Shown here: positions 41,918 through 53,900 of the stretch, piece after piece
Layout: the number at the start of each line of letters is the position of its first letter
Numbering within the stretch: the first letter of the stretch is position 1
The notes under the pieces: model-generated
The model's input: the letters and a program-made list of their open reading frames with translations, nothing else
Told to the model about the DNA's origin: nothing
Databases searched by the model: none
Position numbers and translations under genes: made by a program
DNA from: Phoronis australis
Lineage: Eukaryota > Animalia > Phoronida
DNA length: 64,000 bases
Assembly (NCBI GenBank): GCA_002633005.1
Contig: NMRA01000008.1
Coordinates: 564,985-628,984 of the forward strand
Reading direction: 5' to 3'

Positions 41918-44900
41918 CTGGAAGGAAACAAGACAAATACACGCTCCATATTTTTTCAACAATTTTTTACTAAAACAACTTTGAATTAAGACGCGTGATA
42001 CATTGACTTAAAAAACCTGTCCATATCCACTCAACACAATTCTTGTTTAAGAAGTCGACAGATAATTAATATTTGTATATAGCTTAATATTAGTATATAG
42101 CTGTACCATGCAGCCACAGCTGATGTATAAACTGGATGCATGGCAGATGCTGTGAAGGGTGCGGCTAACGTTATCAGTTTCAAAATTTACACAAAAATGT
42201 GGACTTCGGAGTGAACAAACAATTCAGTGGCGAGACCCATAAATAGTCTGACGGGACTTTCAAATCTCCAGTAAACACACAGTTACTAACAGCGAGTGCA
42301 CTGACCGTTTCCCAACCCCGGAAAACAATTACCTTTCCCATCTGAATAGTATTGTAAACAGCGCTCTGTATTCGGTTGGCGTGCTGCTCTAAGTTCATGT
42401 GACGTAACATGTTTGATGCACACAGCAAGATGGCAGTGGGGTTGGCTATATTTCGACCCGCAGCTTGACCAAAGGAGTGCCTTGCACCCTGCAAAACGAA
42501 GAACACTCATATGACTGTGAAACCGTTAAAGACGTTGTTGGTTCTACGGTCGAAAAATGCAGTTTTGGAATTATTGTTGAATGGGAAATTACAACCTTTG
42601 ACCAGAGTTATAAAAACAACAAAATCCACCTTGTTTTTGTGATTTTATTAAAAATCGTCAATACACGAGTTGAGCATGCGCAGCGTGTGCGCAATGGCAC
42701 ACTAGATGTCAACAGTGATGGCGTGTGCCTTAAGTTGAGCCCAAATCTGAACCATCAAGACATGGTGCAAGGACGTATCCTCAAATTGTGTTCGTCTGTG
42801 AGCCCGCATTCTGTAATATCCAATAGGGGCCTCTGAAAGTTTGTAATTTTCACACCTTTCAATACATTTTCGCGCCAGATGATTTAGACTTCTCTCCTCT
42901 GATTATAACAGAAGTTCCGATCAAAAATCCAGGATTAAATGTATATTATGTCTTCATGTATTTACTTTCCCTTCCGTTTCATGATGAATATCAGGCAACA
43001 CATGCATCGTGTGCAAATGACCATAACAACGCCATCTTGTGTCCAATTTCACTTCAAAGCAAATGGCCCAAGAGTTTTTACGAGATACACGTTAGTTGCA
43101 TGCAAATTTCATGCTGATTGGACGAAACATGCAGCTTAACAGTGTGCGTATGAAAGAGTAGTAAAACAGTTGTGAAGAATCAATAAAGGAAGTCATTGAT
43201 TGGACAGTAAATCTCCACTTATGCGAGAAAGGTGAGCCAAAACCAGAAACTGATGGCATATTTCAGATATTACTTGAAGAAATTTATTCATACACCAAAT
43301 TTCAAAAGGATCCATTGAGGGACGCCGGAGATACACCACGAGAAACCAATCACTGAAAGGAAAGTCACTAGAAACTCGAGAATGTTACTGGCAAAAAATG
43401 GATGAAACACTCCACATTGCACTTGATGAGATCTATCTACATACCAGATTTCAACAGCATATGTAAAAGGACCAAAGAGCTATTAGCGAAAATTCGAAAA
43501 ATTGGCTAACACAGAGCCATCTTTGGTCCAATTTGCGGCAAAACAATAGGTTTTGAGCTTTTAAAGAGATATACATTTTGAGTTAATTGAAAGAAACATG
43601 TTACCTGTAGCGTGCACACAAACACACATTCAAAAACCAAAACACACTTCATGTTAAAGCAACACATACTCGGGAGACATTTCATTTTTTTCAGTAAAAA
43701 CCTGAATGGCAATTAATCATTCAACATACATGCAAGCTGGCAGCAAGCACACAATTGCAGTGACACCTATTGTGAGAAGGGTGAACTACACAAGTCGTCA
43801 CTCACAGGTTCAAATACTGCCACTTCTGGACTGTAACTTTCACCGGGAATGACACCGGCACCACCAGCTAAGCCAGCTCCTATGTTGTCAATGATGTTGC
43901 CATAGAGATTGGGCGTTACCATGACATCAAACTGATGTGGATTGGAGACCAGCTACAAAATAGAAGACGGTTTGTGAACACTTGTACAACAATTGTCCGT
44001 TGATGCGAAAAACTATAACACTGTTTTTTAAAGAAATCACAAAAACCAGAAGTTAAAGCCACATGTCCTTTATATGCATTCTCTAATAATAATTGCTGAA
44101 AAATTAATCGGTGTCTCAAGAAAAGAAAAGTCTAAATAAAACATTAGCAATCAAGTGCCAGCGACCTCAGTGTATTTTTGGAAAATCAAAACTTTGTAAA
44201 ACCTTGTAAAAACTTGTCTAGTTTCAATTCCAAACAATTCAAAACTGATCAAAATGGTAAAAAAACAAGGATTCAGCAACTTTGAATCCTGACACTTTTC
44301 CATCAGCAAGGACACAGGAAATACTGTTATTAAGCGAATATGCTGACATTTTGCACTATGCTCAGAATTCTTTGAGAACCAAACTTTGACTGATCTAACA
44401 TATCAAGAATACCTGATGTCTCAAATACTTTACAGTGAATGTCCTCACCACAATCATTAGTGTTGCAACAGTAAATACACTGTCTCAAATACTTTACAGT
44501 GAATGACCTCACCACAATCATTAGTGTCGCAACAGTAGATACACTGTCTCAAATACTTTACAGTGAATGACCTCACCACAATCATTAATGTTGCAACAGT
44601 AGATACATGACACAGGAAGCTGCTGACCATTACTGAATAAGGCACAAAATGTTGCCACACAAGAATACCCACCAAAAGCACAGGTCTGAACAACAGAAAA
44701 TTCCAACGTACAGCACACACCAAAAGTATTCAGACAAAATGACCCAGAATTCCCAGTCACGGCAGCAGAGCAGACGTCGAATTCATAGTCAGAGTAGTCT
44801 CCCCTGATGACCGTGAATGAAGGGGAATTACCAGGACAGTCAGTAACGTAGCTAAACCACTCGGTAATCTGAATTTTGCTACCCTAATATTTAGTACCAG

Positions 44901-47900
44901 TCATTTTTGCTGTTAATGGAATTAGCCATCATGACGGGAAAACGGTATTGTTTCCCGATTACTTTAATTTGTCTTGAAATGTATGATCCGGGCATCTACT
45001 GTATTAAAACAAATAAATTCACTTGTCTGCCATATCGTGTCCTGATTTGATAACAGATGGGAATGTAAGCTTTCTTATCAGTTGAGACTTTCCAGGACAC
45101 CAACCTGTGAGCATTAATGAGGAAGGTCTTATAGCCTAGTACCTGTGTACGAGTACAGTACAAGCCAAAAGTATTCAGACAAAATGACTAATTTATTTTA
45201 GCCTTTTGACATCGCCTCGAATCTAAACTCTTCCACTTTATCAACAGCAGCCGCTGGCGTTGTCGTGGATATTACTTCGCAGCAGGAAATGTATGGAACA
45301 CGATGTCCTTGTTCATCCGTTCACGTTTCAAAAGGTTTGCCTTTTTCCACAAGACATCCCACCGCACAGCAGCGGAAATCTGCCGGTGTTATAACGGCAG
45401 GGACAGTTTAAAATGAATTTTATACCAGAAGTTTTTTTAAATATGAACACCTCCCCAGAAATTGCGTTCGCATTATATCCAGGTTCTCTTTCATTTCCTT
45501 GCATACACTCACTAGCAAGACCGAGCTCAGATGAGTTGGAGACACCTTTCTTTGTACAATGCTCGATTGTCTGCCAGTAAAACCAAGATTCGAGCCCGGG
45601 TCTCCCAAGCGAGAGTTCGAAGGTCAAACCACTGAGCCAGTCTCCTCAAGCAGGTTGAAACCTCCCGTCCACGTTACACGAGATCTGTAGGTGGCGGGTG
45701 AACGCATGGCGACCAAAGACCTGATCGACATCTGGCGGGTTAGTGAATTTCAATATGGCGCGGCTACTTCGAGTCGGCTATTAACAAGGAAGACAGTAAG
45801 GTGGCCAGATCATTCAGTAATAAGAATTTTGCTGTCATGATGATTATTAGCAGTCAGGTTTGCTGTTAGCAGGATTAGCCATTATGTCGGGGAAACAGAA
45901 CTTTGTACGATTTCTTTGATCTTGCACTGTATGTTACCATGTTATGAATCCTGCGACACGATTCTAACAAATTCCTACAAGAGCATGCCATTTTCAGAAA
46001 TATGACACGACGGTTTCAGGAAATTGAAGTCTTATTGTAGGATAACGGTTACTGACCTGCATGCAACAGTTGTCCACTATCATGGACTCAAATTTAATCT
46101 TCGGATACAACTCGGCAACTTCCTTGCAAGACTCCAGAAATAGACCATCACCCAGCTTCCTAGAAAAACAGACCACCATGACGGCAACATACCACCAAAA
46201 CAGAGCAAAAAACAACAAAATTTTGTGCCTTAGGATCTGCTTAATAGCTTCGATAAAAACTGGAATGTGCGAATTTTAAACGACTCCTATGACACCTATA
46301 TATACCACTTTGTTTAATAAAATTACTACATTCACCTATGTCCCCCTTTTTTCGTGAAATAGCTCCTCTTTCAGAACTGGGGCAACACAATACAGAGTGT
46401 TTTGTGTTGTTTGGGCCTAACAATTCATCAGCTGTTCACACAACGAAATTGAGCAAAAGTATCATGTATAACGATACATTTTCTAAGTTTCTGAGCATTC
46501 GAAAACTCGAATAGCACAGACCGGAAGTGAAGTCACTTTAAAATTTCCTAAGCCTGGAAACTTGGAAACAAACCAGTCGGCTTTTAGAGATGGCATTGGT
46601 TGAACAGTCTGTGTTGGTTAATGTACGCAAGAGTCAGAGTGTTCAATATGGCATGTGTTCGTGAGAGCCACAACCGTTCGCTTCTAAAACAACTTTTAGT
46701 AAGCAAGTGCTTACGAGTGTAAGCAAGTGCTCGCGATCACCCTCGATAGGTGGTTCGCTAAGAAATCGAAGATGGTGTCTGAAGTTACCTTAGAGTTTCA
46801 AGGCGATTACCTTGAGCAATGACAATAATTCTAAAGAGTACGTGTCAGAAGCACATGAACTTTGCATAAAATATTGTACGAGGTAATGATGGCCAATTTG
46901 TTACAGAGATAAATAATTTAATTAAATGACACTTAAGAAATTACTTAAACTTGATCCTTGGCAACCACGATATTCCATTACTAACTATCTGAACACCACA
47001 AAAACTATGTAATGCATTATGACTGTTAATGCGAAAAGCACCCCTTTGAAAGTTATTATATGGTGCAAAATATTCAGTAAATATATCCAACCTCTAATGT
47101 CACAATATGGCATAAAAGTGAACTCATATTTTTCAATTTTTCATAAAAGACAAGTAACCCCAAATAAACGCTATATCATAACTACCACCATCAAATGATT
47201 CTAAGAAATTCTGGGCATTCTTAACAAAGTCAAAACCCACGAAAAGTGGAAATGATCAATTCTGGCAATTATTCTTGTCCAATATTGTTGAGACTTTAGC
47301 ATATCTTTTGGCATTAGACATTGGTGAGACTTTACCATATCTTTTGGAATTAGACATTGGATGCAGCAAAGAGCAGACTAACATTTAGTGAAAGAAAGCG
47401 ATATGAAATTGTCAATGAGCGAAAATACCAGTAAAGAGTGTTGACATAAACTGGTCCAACAAATTTCTTTAAAGATTAAAATGTCAACTGCAATAGAAAC
47501 AACCTAAGATAAAAACAAGTTTTGGAAATGAGAGAAAGCATATTGCAATTTTGTGTCTCATGCTATGCACAGCAGGTAGGTTTTACAAAAAAAACGGAAA
47601 GGAGGAAAATGAGTTTGGTCAGATAAATTCTAGGTATGCAGAAATAGACGAATATGTGGAATTTAAAAAAGGAATGTCATTTCTCGTTCTGTCAATGTAT
47701 ACGTACATGATATTGGCCTTGTGCACAGCTGTTACTTTTTGGCGGTTGTGACGTGTTGCGTAATCAAACGCAAACTTGGCGATACGCTTCGACTTGGCCT
47801 TGGTCACAATCTTTAAGCACTCGACCACACCTTTCACACTCTGCAAGCAAATAGTTCGCTTCCTACAGTTCTTAGCCCAAAACACATGCGTGCATCATCA

Positions 47901-50900
47901 GTCTATTGAAGACATAACCACACAAAGATCAGGTCATTATAGTTGCATGTTGCCCCGTCTTGCTGACTAAAATTGAAAATCGAATTAGACCATCACTTTA
48001 TTCTGGTTTGTCAACCCAAAAGCGTAGATTCGAAAATATGGCACGCACGTATGCAATGCTTGTGACTTGAGTTGCAGTTCTTTTGGCAATAAATCAAAAT
48101 CAGATGAACGTGGTAATGTTTTTAAGTTCATAATGGCTTAAGTTAAGGCTCCAACATTGACAGCCCAACATGTCTACGGCTTTAACCATAGGTTTTGGAA
48201 ACTCAGCAACTTATTGACTTTGAATGGCTTGGTTTAACAACAGTCCCCTGCGTAGTGATAAATACGACCCTTACTGGTCATTTTGTTTCACGTGACTAAC
48301 CTATTTTTGACTGGAAGCACAAGTGCAATTTTTGAATTTCAAGGTTGGTCAACGCCAACAAAATCAACGATTTTCTCACGCATTTCTTGTTCTTCTTGGC
48401 AACAGAAAACAAGAATCATTGCAATAAGGAAAAATTCGAGACCAATTTTACAGGAGTGAAAGGTCTTATTCTACTTTCATTTTTTTGGACAGCGAAACAG
48501 GGCGTAATGCAGCTTTAAAAGCCAAGGCCTTAAATTTCTCGACTTTGAGGCCAAATATCCGTCCCATTCCCCACAAAAACCATCTTTAAAATCACACTCA
48601 TCAGGCCTAAAATTTCCCCTCCAATGATTAAAAATTCCCCTCGAGGTTAGAATCACTTCAGTCTGAAAAACATTAGTTTTGGACAAGTGGGAGTATTAAG
48701 GCATTGCCAATGAGGGATCATGACCAGTGGGTGGTATTGGGGAAGACAACCATCCTGAAAGTTACATACACTATGATGGTGAACCCGTAAGCACTCAACC
48801 CTACCTCATGTTCAAGTGCGCTGTACTCGCCTTCCGTTTGTTCACGGATAATAACAAAGTCCAGTTCTCCATGGCGAGACTTCAGTCCAGGGATGGACTT
48901 GACTAGGACGACATTGGCAAACAGATCTAACTCATTCCTACAACAGATCATACACACTGTATTACTGAGGAATTACTGTCAATCACTGGCATACTGTCAA
49001 TCACTGGGAATCCTTGCTTACCAAATAATCACATGTGACATTTAAGGGTTTATCTGTGCCAAATAACCCTTTGCAATGACCCATCTGTACAAAAACCCAA
49101 TCACCCTCCAAACCCAGTTAAATACCCCTTGGTAACAGGTATTATGTAAAATGGTGCAAAAATCTACAACATGGTGCATAATTTAGAAGCAAAAGCCTAG
49201 TTCAAATCATGATCGATGTTAGTTTTCTTAAACAACCCAACCACGCAGGTTCAATTTTTTTTTAATTGTTACAAACACCGCAATGCAGCAGGACTCCGCA
49301 GAGAAGCTGAAGAAAACGACAAACATGTTAATTACCAACAAAGACTATGCCTTTATGCTGCAGTGAAATGATAAAATCAAACGCACTTTGCAGCTTCTTA
49401 GATCTTTTGAATTCTTTAGTAACCACGCACCGATAAAACGACCAATCAAAAAATTGAGCACAGATTGACCATACGGTGAGAATTTATAAAGAAAACTCAC
49501 CAGGCACCATACACACACAGCGCACCTTTACTCCACTTACCTGAACGTCATGTTGACATTCTCCAACATTCCCTTGTCCAATACATTAGCAGCAGCCATG
49601 ATGCCTTTAAGACAGATGCCGTTCTTTTTGATTGAGCCGACGACATCTTCCATGGTGTTACTGTAGTACGGGGTTACTTCACTGCGAACACAAAATGTTA
49701 TGACACGCCACCTTCACCTATGAACAAGCTATGGATAGAAACACCACCGAAATTTATGTCAATAAAAAATATCAATATTGCATTTTATCGGCAATTCATA
49801 CAACATACAGCGCTACTACTCACTATCCAATATCCATTCCTTGTTTAGAGCTAAATAAGTCATCATTATCTGTCTTCCTTTACGCGCATTTCATTCTGTA
49901 TTTCAAAACAAACTAATCCCATGCACAACATCAAAGTCACTAAATCTCCGAGTCTGTTCCACGAGAGCCAACTGAAAAAACCCGAGTTACACTCTTGAGT
50001 TCAAACATATAATTTGGGACCTAGCCGTAAAAGGGTAAAAAAACAGTTCAGGGGTTGGAACAAAAATACTTTGTACATACTTCTAAAACACCCTAAAAGG
50101 CGAAAATAATCGGACAAAATTCCATTTCTCCATTATACAGTACTTCAGACAAAATGATCGCATTCCCTGTTATGATGGCCGAGCAGAAACCAAACTCACT
50201 TTAAAGAGGGGTTTTCCCTCGTGACCCAAAACAAAGGGGAAGTGAGTGGGGAATTATTAAAGTGTGTCATGTCATTCTCTAATTAGGGTTTTGCCTCTTG
50301 TCAGTAATGTGGCTGTTAACTAAATTACCTATCGTGACGGGAAAAAGGTATTTTGTCTGATCACTTTTGTTTTGTACTGTAGCCCTCATGACGAGGAATT
50401 CTGTTTGAACTAAGTCGTAATGGCGGCGATTACAACTAATTGTGACCGATTATTTTTGGTGAGTGCCATAAATCCGATGACCAGACGATCGTGTTCCGGA
50501 GCAGACCCAAAATACAAAAGATCCGAAATCCATAGACATCAAGTGACCGGAATTTGTCTATACAAAACTGGAGATCTGCTTCCTGCGACTCATAGCCTGA
50601 TCACCGGACTGTTTCTCCACCCTGTCTAGTTCAAACCTCAGGTTGAGTTCCTCAAACTCTACTGGTATGCCACCACTCTTGAACACCTTCCTAACAACTT
50701 CCATCAACTCAGGCCACACTCCGTCACCGGGCAACAAGGTCACCACCTGTTTGTACTGGCGGGCTTCTGCAACCTGGGCCTGCTGTAAGACAATGGCAAT
50801 GCGGTTCACTTTTCACTAGAAGACAACTTTAGAACAGTTACTTTTAGTGGTCCACGGCTTCAATAATGGATCAATTTAAATTTTTCAGGGACGGTAGTGA

Positions 50901-53900
50901 AGATGGCAATCGGGCAGCTATATATTAGACCTCTGGAGGTCCCTTTCGAAAGAATGTTCGTGAGGGGACTGGTTGAGTTTCAAAACTGCGTTTGGAAACT
51001 CGTTCTTCACAAATTAAGGTAATGAATGAGGCGATTGTTGTTAAGTTACCCAGCTACTTATATTTAAAAACTATCTCAGATATGTTAGTGCAGCTTTTGA
51101 AAAAAATCCACCAAAAGTGCTGTACCATTTAACAAAACACTGATACCTGAATCAGTTATGCTCTTAATATCACACCACTAACAACACATATCTGTTGCAA
51201 ATCAAATCCAAAAAATACATGATCACTGATGTAGAAATAACATTTAACAACAATGACTGCGTGTAAATACCATTAATTACCACTTATTACAGTTGACAAA
51301 GATACTGTCAGTTGAAACCCCAAAATTATGTCTTTGGAAAAGGTTGGCTCCGACCAACCCATTTTTTTAAACGTACCATAAAAACATTAACAAGTTTTAA
51401 AAGAAAAAAATAATGACAGCCATACAAGCTTTATGTTAATATCTCTACCATCAGGTTCCGCACAAAACAACATGCAATTCTCACGCACCAATTTTGCGGC
51501 AGAGTTGGAGTGGAAAGTTCTCATGAGGACACACGTACTACAGACTGGAGCGGTCTTGTACTGAATGAGCAACTGGCCTTGTCTGGATAACTGAAATGAA
51601 AATGGTGATTACGGTACATATTTAGGAAAGGTGGTACAGTGGAGCCCCCTGAACATTATAGCCTCAGTTCCCACGTAAATTATGGTTAAAAGTCAGATAT
51701 TCCATTCAGTGGATTCTGACTTGGCAGCGATCATAACCACTCTTACAAGCTGATCAAGTTGAGAAGAGAATCTCAGAGTGAGACCACCAAATAAAAAACG
51801 AAAAAATTTTTATCCACTGTGCCGATTACCCATCAATATGAATTAGGTTGGTTTTAAAAACATAGATACAAAATATGCAAATATACATGTGAGAATCAAT
51901 AAACTTGCTGATTTTTAATGACAATTTCTGAGAATGTGACTATAAATCATGACATTGTGTGGGTTATTTTACATGGGATTAATAGTGAATGATTATTCTT
52001 TCGACATTTCACAACAACAGGCAAGTTCTATTGTTCAATATAATATATCTAAGTAAGTGGGCTCTACTATAAGGTATCACTAATAATAGACCGACAGCAG
52101 ATGACATGCATATTAATTGCCGAGTCAACTCAGTCCCTGATCGTCAACCCAACATAGGACAGCCAAGAACCTGCATAAGGGTGTTATAGTAATGAGTAAT
52201 AATTGCTCAAGCTCTCGAAATGTGAGAGAAATCCACACATCCCAGACTCAACTAATATCTTATGTAAAAGTAAAAATGCACTGCATGACTGACCTAGACT
52301 TCGAAATGTAGGGGCGCTAACTCATATCTGAGCCAAGCTGGAATATGGAAATGTAGGGATGCTAACTCATTTCTGAGCCAAACTGGATTATGGAAATGTA
52401 GGGCCGCAAACTCATTTCTGAGCCAAGTTGGATTATGGAAATGTAGGGCCGCAAACTCATTTCTGAGCCAAACTGGATTATGGAAATGTAGGGCCGTTAA
52501 CTCATTCCTGAGCCAAGTTGGATTTATGGAAATGTAGGGCCGCTAACACAATTTTCTGCGCCAAGCTGGGCTACGGTAATTCTCCACTTATTTCGAAAAA
52601 AATAATTGGCAAAATTATATTTTTTTTTCATTTTCAAAGGCTGATAGCGTAGTTATGAAGAGCAGACATGTGATTTAATTATATCTACTATTACACAGTA
52701 CAAACCATGGTAGCAACAGACTAAAATATTCATCTTTATTTTTCTGAAGAAATTTGACAAATGGCATTTTGTCAAGTTTCTTCCGAAAAAAAGATTAAGA
52801 ACATTTCAATCTGACACTGGTTTGAACTATGCTGGTGTCCCAACACAGCAGTTGGTAAAATTTCCAATATTTGCAAAACCGTAAGCAGTCTTTGAACAAC
52901 TAGATCATGTCAACTTGGCAATTATTTGGCAAAACAAATGGAGGGTAACAGCATTGGTAAAAACTTATCCTACCATGAGTTTCCGTAGATAAGCCTATGG
53001 GGGTGTATTCGGAAAATGAAAATTTTCGGGTGTTTTAGTAACACCAAATAAACGCCCGGGGGTTTATTTGCAAAAGGGGAGACATGTAAACCGAAAGTCA
53101 TAGTTTTTCTGATTTTGACATTTTTTGCTTAAAACTGTGTTTTTAAATTTTATCTTACGATAATAAATGTATAGTTTGTCAACACCTTGTTTGTTTTAGT
53201 AAATTATAAATGCACCACAAAACTGAATTTGTGACAAAAAGTTGACTCTGAGAGGGCTTGTAGGAGGAGAATTTCCAAATAAACTCTCCACTATCTGGAC
53301 ACTTGACACCAGAAGTTGTAACATCACATAAATGCCTATTGACATTTACTCAGCAGAAATTTCCGAATGAAAACCCATGGGTGTTTCATCGGGTGGGCTT
53401 ATCTACAGAAAATCCCAGTAGTAAAAGCTGTTACTGGCAATAAGATAAAAAACAGTACCAAAAAGACATTATCAAATAATGCACCATCAACAAATTCTGC
53501 GGAATCTTGAGATGATGATTGCAAATGATGAATGTTTGTTGAAAGGCTCTAATTTTACTACAATTGAACTAAAACACAGCCGCAAAGGTTTTGCAAACAC
53601 AGTGGCGATTACAAAATTTTCCAAAATCATTGCAACCACGGTCACTTAGTGCACGGTTGGTATCTACGGTTGGCAGCATCACAATTACAGACCTGACGTT
53701 ATGACACTAAGACATGTTCAAAGTGTAGGGTTTACAGTTTGGGGACAAAAAAGCAAGAAGCCATAGACAGGATGTACCGTAATTGTTCGGGTTAACGCCC
53801 TGGGCGGTTAAATTGGCGAATCCAAAAATCGGGGAGGGCGGTTAACCGAGCAGTGGGCGGTTAAATCGAAAATCCACCTAAAGTAGGGGATGGGCGGTTA

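Noticed and set aside
42950-43530. Helitron/Helentron-like repeat with recurring CAAATTTCA motifs
   Set aside because: The motif recurs, but I could not define termini or a hairpin.
45583-45645. Possible tRNA gene
   Set aside because: A and B boxes are present but I could not fold an acceptor and anticodon stem; treated as a SINE head.
52303-52578. CRISPR-like appearance of the 45-bp array
   Set aside because: Units are contiguous with no unique spacers, there are no cas genes and the context is a eukaryotic intron.
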